DNA from: Antedon mediterranea
Taxonomy: Eukaryota; Animalia; Echinodermata
Reading direction: 5' to 3'
Assembly (NCBI RefSeq): GCF_964355755.1
Contig: NC_092675.1
Location: 4,831,812 to 4,895,811, forward strand
DNA length: 64,000 nt
Positions 17,801 through 32,800 of the stretch are shown piece by piece. A program made the translations under genes and the position numbers. The notes under the pieces were generated by a model that was not told the origin of the DNA, did no database searches, and saw only the letters and a program-made list of their open reading frames with translations. Position 1 is the first letter of the stretch; each line of letters opens with the position of its first letter.

Positions 17801-20800
17801 ACTTTTGAATTAAAAAAACACATTTTAAGAACATAATTGCATTGTGTGTTTATCTGAGGTAGGTAGACTTTGCAATTAAGGATTAAATTCACTTAATTAG
17901 TGAAAGATTTAATGTTGCTAGAGTATCATCTCCCAGATAACATAAATTATGTCCTTGCAACCATGACATTAAAAGAAATAGGAGGAAATGGATACAAGTG
18001 TAAATGAAATTTAATACTGTATATGATGAAATATTTCTTACCATGTAAAATGTCACCTGATTAATGCTGTATGTAGTTTGACAGTAGCCTTTAAAAATAT
18101 ATAGTACCATTTGGCAACAGACAGATTGTAGGATGGAAGAATTTTAATTGCAACTTGGAAAATAATTTAAAATTTAAATAATAAAAAAAAATTGGCATAT
18201 CTTATTTATTTATTAAACAACCAAAACATTCAGACCATTTAAGCATTACATATAAACAAAAACAGTATATTCATATATGAAGAAATATAAATATATTAAA
18301 CCAAACAATTATTTAGAAAAATACATTATACAGTATAATAATTTAAATATTCAATACCTTGATCATACTATAGGCATAACAAATGCTTTACAGAGATAAA
18401 CAAAATACCTGGTAAATGCATTAAATTTGTTCTGTATGTTGGTACCAAGAAGTCAGCAATCATATCTTTTAATATTTTTTCCATACAAGCATGTGGGAGG
18501 ATTGTCCTGTGACCTTTACCTGAAATGGTATTTCTGATTGTGATTTCTTTTTTATATGAAGACTAGACACGTTCAATGGTATACAAATAATGCATGTTTA
18601 TGAATTGAATAGCGAGAATATCTCATGAGTTAAAACATTTACCATTATATTTAAGTCAGAGCAGTGATTAATATTTTTATTTAAATTACAGTAGTAAGTA
18701 CTTAGCAAGCCACTGCAAAGTATACAATTATTAATGACATTTCTGATATTTGCTCATAATCGTTTTTTTTTATTCAGAATGGTTGGATTCAATGGAAGAA
18801 TGAAGATTTTTTAATAACGTTTTCAGAATCTCATGTTCATAGTAATGGAAGCAATGGTTTAGTTCATGTTATTTGTAAAACTAATAAGCTTGGTAAGTGT
18901 GGTTCAATGTTTATAGCTGAACATGTTGTCAGTTTACAATAGGGTCCTGTTTCTGCTGGAAAAAAATAACCAGTTAATAACCATGTGAATTTCTGTATTT
19001 TCTGTATTTCTTGGGAGCAGAACAGGACCAATTTTCAATAACTGGTTTAATGGCAGCCTGATAGTAACGTTTAAATTTGATTGACAGCCGTTGATTGACC
19101 TTGTGTCAACTACACTGCATTAACGTTTGAATTGACCGCCAATGCCCATTGAATTTTGGGTACTGCTAACAATTTCTGTCGACGACCACCCACTGATTTA
19201 AACAGATTATTTAGGAGCAAAAATTGAGCAGAAATGCAGTCTATAAAAATTATATTTTAAATCAATTTTTAATAAATAAACGGTTTATTTGGTGCTATGC
19301 AGCAGAAACAGACCTTATGTGAAACTGACTTTTCCAAATAATAATAACTAAAAAACGTTCGAGTAAGTACTCCGTTAACTTGTGCTTTTACAAAAACAAG
19401 ATTTGTCATTTATACAAAATCGAAGCCAAATGAAATTCTTTCAAGAATAATAACTAAATAAATTAAAACATACTTTATCGAAATGTTTAATGTTGTTTGT
19501 AGTCGATCTGTATTACTCAATAAAATCAAGGTTAGAGGAAATAAGTTAATTGTTTGGATTTAAGATTCAAGGTTCTCATTTTTTTCTGTAAAAATATTAT
19601 ATTAACTTAACTTGTTATATAATTCTTTGAAATTTTCTAGGTAAATTTAGCCAAAATATCGATCACCTCTCCCTTCTGTTTAATTTATGTTTTGTAATTT
19701 GAAACTGTAAGCCACCAACATACGAACAAGATGTTGGAACCAAAAATTTATAAATTTGTTCCCCTTTTGTTTGACAGATTCAAAAGTTAACCTTGTACAA
19801 GACAATCTGTATTCAAAAGAACCTTATAAGATATTGGAAGAGTTTAGATCGAAAAGGTCAACACACTTTGAAAGGCCGTATTTCGTGGAAACTCTTGTAG
19901 CAGTGGACAGCAGTATGTATGCTTTCCATAGAGCAATCGACGTGGAAACTTATGTTATACAACTTATAAATATGGTAAGAAGATTTTATTTAATTGGTAA
20001 AATGTTTTGCCTTACTCTAACACAATTGTAACTGTACTATGAACCCTTTTTTGCAACGTGTTTTCAATATACAGTACAGTGTATACATCGGAGTAGGAAA
20101 CAATGTTTGACCGATTAACTAATAGTTCACTGACACAAAGCTACTTTGTAGTTATCATCAGGATTTTATTTATGGATCAACATTTAACATACCCATTCAT
20201 TTCCTTTCAAAACTTAAATCTGTTTATATAATAACAATTATAAACTTCAATTTAATATAGCACAAAATGCAGGTCACCTCTAAGCACTTAAGAATCAACA
20301 AAAAAAAACCCTATACCTTCTTGCAAATGAAGTTGTTGAAATTTGTTTGGGTAGATATTTTTCCTGAAAATTAGGCCAATCCATACACAGTGGTTTTCAC
20401 TGGGAAATTATGGTTCTAAATTTAAACCTTCTTTCACACTCGCCCCGGCAAGTTTCCAATTTGGCTCTGACAAATCGAACGTCAATGTTTCATGTTCACA
20501 CGGCTATGCCCATATCGATTGGTGCATATCCGCATGGAGCGTCATGAAACCGTAAAAACATTGACATTCGATTTGATTTGTCGCCACCGGACCAGAACCG
20601 TGCCGGAACAGGTGTGAAAGACCCTTTAGGTAGATATTGTTGTTGTAATTATCTGATTAAGGCAATAATCATTTTAAAAATGTATTAATTTGATTTGATG
20701 ATGTAGACACAGTGATCAATTCCCAGGAGATAATACACACATTGTCTGTTCAAAATGAAATAATCTTTCTTTTCCTATTATAACTCAATAAACAACAGGA

Positions 20801-23800
20801 TGAACCATGGAAATGATACTAACATTTATTGTGTTTAACATACATTCTATAACTATTATTTATATCATTTTAATTCTAGGTTAATCAATTATTTAATCAT
20901 CCGAGTCTTAACAGTAAAGTTACTTTGGTGGTTATAAAAATTATTTATTTGAATGAACGACAGGTAAGAGCAATATATAGTAACTTTAACAAATTAATTT
21001 TCTAGAATGTTATCCTATGTTTTAGTAATTCATCCAAAAACACAAAAGAAACCTTCTTTTTCATTTTTTCTGGTTCAGTCTTTGGTATATTTATTTTATC
21101 AAGGTCGTCATTTAGCATATACAGTAGTTCTATACCATCTAATAAAGTATAAACATATGAATGTTCATATCAAGACCAACCCAATTTTACTACTACCTAA
21201 GACTACCTTCGCCCCTCATAAACTTGATATAATTCTTAAAGGAGATGTCATTCCAAACCAAGGCTCAGTAAACATTATTTTGTACATTTGTAAAACATTG
21301 GCATTAACCATCATATGGCCTTGATTATGATGGACACATCACTACAATGTTAAATTTTCTTTTTTATCCAATCCAATTTTTCTTTGAAAATTCAATATAA
21401 CATAAATGATAACATAATACCCCAGGAAGTAGGCCGCTGGATTGAGTTTAAATTGAATGTTTGGCCCACAGCATTTGAAGTTGATAGATAACTACAGAAG
21501 ACCCATAGGGTACTGCAAACAATAAACCTCCTTCTGTGGTGTTATGTCTTTTGGAGATAATACATGAAGAATGTTTATTTATGTCAATTACACAATAGTC
21601 GAAAAATGTGCCAAACAGGATTAAATGCTCAATATTTTATATTTACGCATTTCAATAGTATTGTTCTGTAATTGTAATTCAAGATTAATTGTTCATAATT
21701 TATATTATAATATTAAATATTTATATTAACTAACTATTATTATTTTTATTTATTTAAAAATCAATACCTGTAATTTACAATATTAAGAGTTTGTTCTCTC
21801 TCCTGATTTGTTGCATAGTTTTACATCTATATTCGTCTTCTTTTTGCTCAGTCCAGAAACTACAGTGAGAAATATAAAGTAGATTTGCGTAAACGTCTTA
21901 AAATCCCTTGTAGATGGATATGGATGCGTTCAAACCATAATGATGCTACTGCAGGCAACCATGATTTTGCTGTCTTCCTCTTCAGAAATCTGTCACCCCC
22001 TGCAGGTAGTCCTTCAATGCAAGTTTGTTTCAATTTATGATAGCTTGCCTTTTGCATAAAGGAACCCTGCATAGCTAAAAAGCCTTTTGCAGTGACTTCT
22101 TCACTACTGTTTACTACTCAATGGCTTTAACATTCTTTGCTGCTTATTTTGTTATTGTTCTACTAGGGAGGTAGTTTGTATTAACCAGAAAATTTAATAA
22201 CACACAGTTACTGTAGCATGCCTAAGCTTTCCCTTTACTAAAAAAATGTTATACTCACGTTTATAGCTTTTTGTCATTGAATCCTATTTGTTAATCCATC
22301 CTCCTTTCCTACCACCCCAACCCCAAACTCCAAACTAAAAAATGTCTCGCTTCAGACTAGTCTATTCTTCAACATTACATAATAAACCATGCAATTTTTT
22401 TTAGCAAGACCATTTTCTTACTGCAGTAAATGCACTTCTTGTAAATCTTGTAATTGCTAAAAGTATGTGAAATGTTGTATTTGTACCTGTCTTTTAGCTT
22501 TTTTTTTTCTGTGTGGATAGTTAATGCAACACACTAATACCATACCTCTTTAAAACTTTCGATCATGAGGCCAATAGTTTCAGGAATAGAAGACTGATTA
22601 AAATATATGGATTTAGAGGGTCATTAAATGAAAAAAAAAACTGCACAATTCTTAAATTTATATGAAGAATTAAGGTCAAGGTATAAGGATTCATTTAACA
22701 ATTTTTGGAACTTAAATTCTTATTTAAAAAACTAAAATAGTCTTTCAATATCTTTAGTAGGCTGTGTGAATAAGAAGTCTAGTCTGTTTTTAATTTTAGA
22801 TCTATCAGTATTCTAATCTTGTCTGTCAAAGTTGTTTTTGTAATAGTGAAAAAGCGTATATTCTAGAACATTGATTTCTTGATTGGAATAGTACAAAAAA
22901 CAATTTTGAAATCCAGTGTAATTGGGTATTAAACTAAGAGGAAATGATATGATAGTTTACCCTGAAGCTGAAGTGTTAGACTAGCCAAATTCTACAACTT
23001 TTACTGCACTTTAATCTGACTGTTTTCCAAGAAGTTCTTTTGATTAAATGTTTGAAATTTTTAGTGGAAGATAATGAAACCATGGCCAGCCTTAATCACT
23101 TATTTATCCTTTTTTTTTATTTGTGATTTTGAATAATTAGATGTTCTTTTTCTTGTCATTCTAAACAAATTTGTGTTGTTAATGTTATGAGCCGATTCTT
23201 AGTATTGTATCTGTAAGTTTTCCAGTATCATAGACCTATTCAGTGATACAGCATAACATGTGTATCCCATATTTAACCTACTGTAACATTATTCCAGCCT
23301 TTTTCCAGATTTATTATGTTAAAAAAAATTATTTTGATAAGCATATTTTCTCATTTTTTCCCCTAAAATAATTTATCAGTTATATTTGAACCATACTTTG
23401 TATATCAAGAAACTAAACCTAATGGACACTGTCGTCCAGGGAATGTTAGCAAAACATTTGGAATGGAAATAAAAACTGTCAAGGGGGTTCCCAGACGAAA
23501 TCCATTAAATCAATTCATTCATCACATTTATGCGGTGAGATCAAATCCTTTGACATGCAGGAATAAACATGTGGTACATAAAGATATAAAAATGTATTTA
23601 TGTTAAATTTATGGGAGTGATTACATCGCTGTCTGTAATTTTGAAGGATTTTGCTACAGGACAGTTTAATATTGGGAGGAATCCTCATCATACATCAGAA
23701 TATGTTTAGAGAAATATTAGGGACACCTTAAAAAAAAAATAAATTAGACTATAGCTTGAGATCCGAAATATAACTTTTAATCCCACCAATTTCTATACAA

Positions 23801-26800
23801 TTTTATTCAATAAATTTGGTAATTTCTTTTTTTTCAATGAAATAAAAAAAAACTTTGATGGTAAAAAAAGTTTGGTAAAAAAGAAATTGTTTCACTACAA
23901 ACCATTTTCAATCATAATTGATTTCATCAACAATGGTCTAGAATTGATGAGAAAAAATTGCCTTTTACAATTGGACACTTTAAGCACCCCACCCCCTCTA
24001 TTTTTTCCCCTGACTCTGCCTATAATCTCAACTTTATATTTATTAGCTTTATTTTTGAAATTACAAATTTTTTTTTCTCTCCAAAATCCTAGTTTTAATG
24101 CTGTAATTGCTTAAAAAAAAAATATAGTCTTCTGGATGTTGTTTAAATTTTTCAATATATATTTATTTACCTGGTAATATCAAATTTACCTCCTTTTTAT
24201 CATCAATTATACTTTTGTTCTCGGTAGTCTACTGAAATTGAAACTAGTGGTTCTCGTGATTCGAGTTTCCAGAGTGTGGCTTTATTAGCTCAAAATGTTT
24301 CCAAATCCAGCACTCGTAATCCAGATTTGACAGCCTTTATAATTCGAAAGACATTACTAGTCGCAGGTAGGCCTATACCACTTCTTGCATGTGCTCTTCT
24401 TCATTTCTTGCTTTTATTTAGTAGTTGTAGTGTTTGGAATCAATTTATATCTAATTCTGGAGTGTTTAAATTGCAAAAGAAGTCTGTTATTTTAGTATTA
24501 CCATGCCTAAGTCCTGTCTTATGTATACTTTATTGGCCATCTTCCTTCTATAAGTTTTATTTCTTTATTTTTTACCAGTCACAATAAAGCTCTCCCTTAT
24601 CTCCGTAAGGGCGTGTGGCACAGTGTGTTGGATGTTGGACTACTGATAGTAGATTGTGAGATAGTGGGTTCAAATCCACCATTCGTCACATTGCCCGTGT
24701 CCTTAGACAAGACACTTTACTTATGTTTGCCTTTCTCCAACTCTGGTGTACAAATGGGTACCTGCTAAGGTTAAGACACAACTTTTACTAGTTGCATTTA
24801 TAGGAGTATGTTTCAGAATCCATATTTTTATAATATAGAGTCAAAGTATGAATTTTTGTAAATGTTAATTGAAAGAATTTTCTTAAATGTTGTTAAAATA
24901 TTACAATAAATAATAATAATTGATATAGATAGTAAATTATAATTAAAGACAAATTACTGAATAAATAACAATGCTATAGGCATCAGTGGCTGAATCTCAA
25001 ATCAAATCAAATCAAATCAAATCTTTATTCGTTCCATATAAAATAAATTGTACATTGAAAAATTGTTTTCCTCAACAGAAAAATATGGTAAAACATTCAT
25101 AATTACATCATACATAGAACAAATTTACAATTTAAAAACATTAATTAAAACATCCATCAACAGTAAAACTTTAAAATATATATTGCATGTGCGCTATTAT
25201 AATCTAACAATCATTGAGAAATAAAATATGGAAAATGATTAACTAAAAGTGGCAGAAAGAAAATGCCAAGCTTTCAATAACATCAATCTTTCGTCAAGTA
25301 CCTATACAACTATCAAAATAATATATTTATGATTTTAATATCGATTTACAGTATGTTTATTGTAATTCATATATTTTTTTCAGGATTTTGTTTTATTCAT
25401 TTAAAATTTAAGCTGTATATAAATCAAAATAAAGAGTACATTATGTTATTTGTACGACAGCAAGAATCTATTTTAATGGATTTGATGTCAGTTATAGGGA
25501 TATTTTCAACATGTTCTTGAACGCTCTCCATGATTAATATCCTATTTTCAACAGGAATTATTAATGCATCATTAATCATCTTGACAGGTTTTAGTTTAAT
25601 GTGATTTTACTGGCAGCCACCCAATGTTAAGCTACACAGTATTACAATGTTATTCCTTATAAATCCAGTATATTATAGTAAATTACCAATTAATGTACTA
25701 TTACAGTCCATCGGTTATACTGTATGTTGTTTGCTTGTTTGTAAACCAACTATTTTTAATACGGGTACAGTAATAATAAAAATGTATTTATTGTTGTTCA
25801 CACACTTTAGTTTTTATTTAGTTTAGTATTTATTATCAGTAAAGTGTTGAGACGAAGAAGTATTTGTTTGTTAATTGCAAATGTTTGCATACACTTTTCT
25901 AAAAATGAAAATCTATCATCCCAGCATTGTAAACTACCATCCAATGGAAAACACTAAAACAAAATATTCCCATCATCTTTTTTATCTTATAACGAAGACA
26001 CATGCATGATTCTGTTTTACTGTATTATTAATTTATGATTAAAAATATTAATGCATTTTAGCATGGAATAAAGGCATGGCATTTTGTTAGTCAATCTTTA
26101 GCAATACAGACTTACTTTAGCTTTTGTTAGGCCTCAAGTCACAAAGTGAAGAGGTGTGATTTGAGTGTTTAAATAAACAATACTTTTATACACTTAGTGA
26201 TTTTGTTGTAAAAAAAATAGTTTCCCACCCACCACTGAGTGACAAGCGAGTAAATACAGATCCATGCTAAAAACCTTTTCAAGAAATTTTAAAATTTAGT
26301 GAAAGCAACTGTTAAAGTACAAACTACTCTAGTTTCAAGCTTCTGTGATTAGATAACTGTTCTAAAATCCTTATCATTTAGAGCTTGCTATTATAAAGAG
26401 CAAATTAAGTTGACATTTTTCTGCACTCGATCAGTAACTTGGAGCCAGAGCAAATTTGTCTTCCGTAGTTCAACACAACTATCCCATCCATCCAATCTAA
26501 ATCCTTAATATCAGTGACAGAAATTGCCTCTACAAAATTCATTGCATCCTCTATTATGAACTTTAACCTGTATGACATCTCTTATCATGCAATAGGCCTA
26601 ATGTTTTATTTTATTTTTAGGATTATATATGTGTTTTTGTTTTGTAAATTACTTCTAGTCGTAATTCATGTTTTCGCCATTGTTAATTATCATCCTATTT
26701 TTAGTAAATTTATTAATTATGAAAAACTATTTTGAAAACAAGCTAAATGTCATTGAAAAAATATATATTGATCCAGGCAGGAAGCATTTAGAGAACTTTT

Positions 26801-29800
26801 ATCTGTATTTGTATCTTCTTTAATCCTTTTACACTAGGTCAGATGTGAAGTTCATAAAGTTCATTATGAAAAAGTTCATTTTCTTGACTTACATTTATTC
26901 TTTAGAATTTATTAATTTTTGTTCATAATCCATGTTGTGATGATGAATATTAAGTATTGGGCCGAGTGACAAATTGATAAAATCAACTGTTGAAACATAT
27001 GGGTTGTTTTTGCCATTACCAAAAATATTACCTATTTACTGGTAGCAATCCCACATATATAATATAATTAGGTTTGATCTCACTACACCATACTTGGGTT
27101 TATTATGGTCAACTCTTATTCTTCCCCAGTAGGTCTGGTTTTTTTTCCACTCTATTTTGAGTCACTTTTTTTTTGCCATTTTCCAAAAATATTACCTATT
27201 TAACTAGTAGCAATCCCACATTTATAATATAAGTAGGTTTGATCTCACTACACCATACTTGGGTTTATTATGTCAACTCTTATTCTTCCCCAGTAGGTCT
27301 GTTTTTTTCACTCTATTTTGAGTCATCTTGTTTTACATTATTATTTATTTCAGCATGATATCCCTGGTAACTAAGTAGTATTTCATATATTTATTTTGAT
27401 GATCTCCACATTGCAGGTCTTAGCATGACGAATAGTATGTGTAAGAGTGGAATAAGCTGTGCTGTGGTAAGGGATGATGGATTGTTGCAGACTGCCTTTG
27501 TAATAGCACATGAAGTAGGCCATATGTGAGTAAGCTATGAATCTACAGTAGGCCTATAGTAGAACCCTTCAAACCCAGGAGTGGAGTTGTGGCTTGGTGG
27601 TTATGATGCTTGGCTACCACTCTAAGGGTCCTGGGTTCAAGTCCCGTCACATGTCAGGATTTTTATAAGGATCAAATCACTCCACTCCCAAAGACTTGTA
27701 ATAAAACTTTGTTTATGTAGAGCATCTTGTGTATATGTTTGTCTTGTGAACCTCTGAGGGTCCCTAATGATCAGCAATAGCTGGATGGATCACCCTCATT
27801 AAATATGGATAAAAAAAACAACAACAAAAAACAAAAAAACAAACAAACAACAGTGTTCCTGAAGAGGGGTGTTCCTGAACAGGGGTGTTCCTGAATAGAG
27901 GTGTCCCCTAAATAGGGGCATCTCAAGGGAGGGGTTCCTGAATAGGGGTATCCCTTGAATAGGGGTGTTCCTGAATAGGGGTGTCCCCTGAATAGGGGCA
28001 TCTCAAGGGAGGGGTTCCTGAATAGGGGTGTCCCTTGAATAGGGGTGTTCCTGAATAGGGGTGTCCCCTGAATAGGGGTGTCCCTTGAATAGGGGTGTTC
28101 CTGAATAGGGGCATCCCAAAAAGAGGCTTCTACTATACTTCAGTTATATACAGATATTAATATGGATTCAATTTAGCAATGAGTTGGCTAACCTGAAATT
28201 AATAGTAGTTATGCTTGGTAGATGTATAAAAACTTTTTTTTATAGCAGATTGAGATTTGTTTTTTGTCTAAACCCACTTTTCTCCATAATTAGAGCTGTA
28301 CCTGAGTGTTACTTATTTATATACAAAATATTTAATACATTTTGATGTCAAATTGGTCAAAATACATATTGTTATCTGATACAAAAGTCCAACATGTAAA
28401 ATAATATTCAACAAACTACAGTACCATATATATATAAAATAAATGATATTTTCTTTTAGGTTAGGAATGATACATGATAATGATATAGAAGATTGTAAGA
28501 AGGATGCTGAAAAATCAAGTGTGATGTCATCACTTGTGAAAGCCCACAGTGGATACTATTGGTCGGAATGTAGCCTGAGAGCATTTAAAGATAACATAGA
28601 GTGAGTAATCTGTAATTGTAATGTTCTATTTTAGCCAAATTACTTATAGATAATGTTCTTCAATAAGATATCGAATTAGAAAACATTTAAACTATTAAGA
28701 GAATTAAAAATTTAAAAAAGTGAAGGTCTTCTTTTGATAAATGAATAACATGACAGTTTAACAAAGCTGTAGTTTAACCTGGAAAGTTTTTGAAGCAACC
28801 TTCAAGACAGTGGTATAAAGAAAGTAATTCAAAGTCAAAAGTTGGACACTAGTGTAATCATATGGAAGAGGCCACATTGTTTAATTTTCTAGTCCCGTTT
28901 CTAGTACATTGTTCATACGTATAGTAAGTATTCTAATAGCATTTAAAGTATGTGTTTCAATGTTTAGCAATTTACCCACAGTGGCATAACACGGAGGCCT
29001 GAGGCCCCTGGTTTAGGAACCCCAAGTGGCCCTCCAATGCTGGAGGCCATGTGTTTTTAGACTTTTCCTACATATTTTAATGCCTGTTTTTTTCTCCTCT
29101 GGGTCCTGCTCAGAGGCCCCTATTAGCTCCGGTGCCCCTGGGTTTAGCCAGTGAGCGCTCATATCCATTACGACACTGTTTACCCATAAATAAGACAGAC
29201 CATAACTGCAAAAAAAAAAAAAATTCTGTGAAAATTAGTATAAAATTTGAGACATTTTCTTTTAATTCTTTTGAGGTTGAAACGTTAATATCAATCAACA
29301 TTCAAATGGCAAAGAATAATATTACTATACATTTTCTGATTAAATTAATTTGTATCCTGGGGAAGACCTTTATTGACAGATTGATTAGGATGTTTTTGAC
29401 TAAAGTTGCTATTAAGCAGAAATGTTTTAGTATGTTTAGTATTAATGAAGGACTAGAAGGATATATGTTTTATATGCAATTTATTTATTTTATTTCAATA
29501 AAGATAGAATAATACAGTAATCAATAAAGAATAGAAATAAGAAAGTGTATTGAAATTTAATTTTAATCATAGTTAAATAACTTTAATTTTAATGACTAAA
29601 TGGCAATGGCAAAATCAATGATACCACTTATAGACATACTAAATTGATATGAAAGATTTGCACTATTGGTTTTTAAAAAACTATAAACAAAAATCGCAGC
29701 ATAATTTGAAATTAGTAATTGTGTTTCTCCAACTAACTCAATCAACAACACCGAGGTCGAATTAACATTTTATATTTAGGCTAGGAATGTTTGTAACAAT

Positions 29801-32800
29801 TGAATTAATTCTGCAATTTTGAAATACTAATAAAGAAACAACAATTTTGTGCTTTTACTTTCAATTATGGCACAATGAAGACAATTTAATTTCCTTCCAT
29901 TTCCGATTGATGTGAAGATCAAAGTTTTGTCTGCTAGACAGTCCGTTTGAAGTACTAGACAAAAAGGCATCACAGATGCTACCGGGGGAATTGTATAGTC
30001 GTGATCAGCAATGCTATTTCAACCATGGTGAAGACTATAGACATTGTGTTGTAGTAAGTATATTTTAAATTGTACTACTGGTATCTTCAACTATACTACT
30101 TTTTTTTCTATACAGGGCCGTAGCCACCAGTACAGTTGGTATAAGGTTTCAACCTGACCACTTTTTCACAGAGGCCTTGACAACTCAGTTGCTTGAACAG
30201 AAATTGTTCCCTTTTCTAGGACCACTTTATTTCTTGTGGCTACATCACTGCTATACACAATTTTTAAGTTTAAAAAAACCCTGCCTGGTGATAACATTAA
30301 GTTCTTTTTACCTTCAGGAAAATAAGGAGATTGATTGTCGTTATCTACGATGTGGTGCTGACTTTATGTATCCTACTTGTCTCTCACAACGACGAGCCAA
30401 ACCACCCCTTCCTGGAACTTTTTGTAAAACAGATCATGTAAGTGAATATTAAGGATGATAATTTACCTAGTAAGGCATCGCTTTGCATCGGGCATAGCTG
30501 ACTCATTTTATATACTGCAATGCACTTTGCTTAAACTGCTTCTGTCCCACATTTTTTTAATTTTTATATGTTGTACTATTGTTTTTCAGTTGGCCAAATA
30601 AATAGTGAGGGAGCTAAATTAATTATTCAGATGTTTTGCCCTACTCTCATATACTTGTACTGCATACTCAGTACATTAAACACTTTTATGTGACTATTGT
30701 TTCTTATTAAACTGTTTAGTAGAAAATTTAATGCGCATCAAACCTAAAATTGTCCAATTGATGGCATCTGTGAAATGAAGATTAATTCAGTAAACCCCAT
30801 ACATAATCAACGAATGGTATTCAAAATGGGTATATAAATTATGTTCTAGGCCTGCACATTAATATCCATAAACTTTTTGTACTGTAGTCTGGAATCTGAA
30901 CACATATCTCAGATGTTTGAATAAGATTCCATTACCCAAATGACACCGAAAATAAGAACATTTTGTACTGGTTACAGCATGCTACGCTTTAAGGTGCTGG
31001 TGACCCACATATACATAGCAGTAGTATGGCTGATCTAGATTAATACAAAATATTTGAACTTGTGATATATATGAACAAATCCATGTCTTAGCCAAACTGA
31101 TCTTATCTACATCATTGCAAACTTTGATGTGACATGACGTAAGGTCTATAATGTTTCCCAAGTTTGCCCACACCCAAACAAATTCCATACACAATTTTCC
31201 TTCTGGAATTCCATCCTCAGGGTGGATTAATAACTGGTCAATTTGCTAATCTGTTCTTCGTATCCTGTTGTTTTGTGCATATTATAGATCGTTGAAGTTA
31301 TTTTCCTAAATGACATTAATAATATTAGGATGCATATGTTTCCTTTAGTTTCTAGCACATACTTTTTTTTTATTCTTTCCTCTAAATGTTTCTATCTCTT
31401 TCTCCATCTGTCGGTCTAATTCAAGATTTAGTAAGATGTCCTTATAAGCAAATGTTTACCAAGGATGTTTACTTTTCAAAAATAATTCACTATTTAAAGT
31501 TTTATTAATTGTCTAATAAAATCAAATACACATTTTCTAAATCGTTCATAATATTTATCATAAATAAATTACACTTATTATAGAAGGAAGTGTAGATAAA
31601 CTGGTTTAATGTAATGTATATAAAACCTTGTATTTAAGTTCAAGTTCATGTTTTCTCTATGGTTTAACCACTGATCATAGAGAAGGCCTCTTCCCATGAT
31701 ACATCCATTTAATGCCTCATTATTGGATAATGTGATATACATGTTTTTTACTACTTATTACAGGACTATTAGGTTCAGATTATTGCAAGGACATATCAAT
31801 TATATAAATTTAAAACCATATTCAACTATTTTCAGGGAAGAGTTAAATTATAATTTGTAATTTAACTCTTTCCTGAAAAGACAAACAAGTTTTATTAATT
31901 GTCTAATAAAATCAAATACACATTTTCTAAGTAGTTTTAGGAATCATTTAGGAATCATTAACAATTCACCGAACATTATTAATAAAACAATACATAGAAA
32001 CATGAAAATCACATTGAAAAAAAAGTTGAAAAAAAGAACGACGAATCCCAACACCAGTTTTGACCTATGACACATACAAATCTTGCTTGGATTAAATCTC
32101 TGGATATATAAGATGATTCAGCGGATTATTAGTTGAACCTGGCAACCATCAATTTTATCCCATCCCTTAGGGTATAGTAATTGCACAGTAGTCAGACTTT
32201 TGATTGAATTATTAGTCTTCATTTCTGATATTGTTTTACCTTTGCCATACAATATTAAGTTTACATGCATTGATACAATTAAAATAACATTATATAGTGA
32301 CACAACTTCCAAAATAAATATAAAAGTACTGTATTTCCAACATAAATCCTGTATTTCCTTTTGTTTACTTTGTAATTTAAATTGATTTATTTATAGTAAT
32401 TCTTCTAGAAAAGACAAAATTCTGCTAGAAGACCAAATCAGTTTTCTTTTAATATAACAAACTGTAAAATACTGTTTTTAATTATATATTTATTGACAAA
32501 ATTACTATATTTCATGCTTAAAATATTATTTTCAGTTTATTATACAATTAAGAAGTGTTTATATACTTTTTAAAACGTATTTACTTCCTCAGCTTCCTTC
32601 CATAGTTATTAATTATACTAAAAAACTTAAATGTAAATTCATATTTTCTATTTTCTAGTGGTGTATAAATGGATCATGCATTCATATAAATTATCAGGAT
32701 GGTGGATGGAGTAAGTGGACTGCATGGACAGTGTGCTCTAGAGTTTGTGGTATTGGTGTCAGCAAGCGACGCAGATATTGTGATAAGCCCAGGTAAGTGT

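Noticed and set aside
27771-28114. Repetitive ORFs (GHPYSGTP...)
   Set aside because: Translations of a minisatellite.
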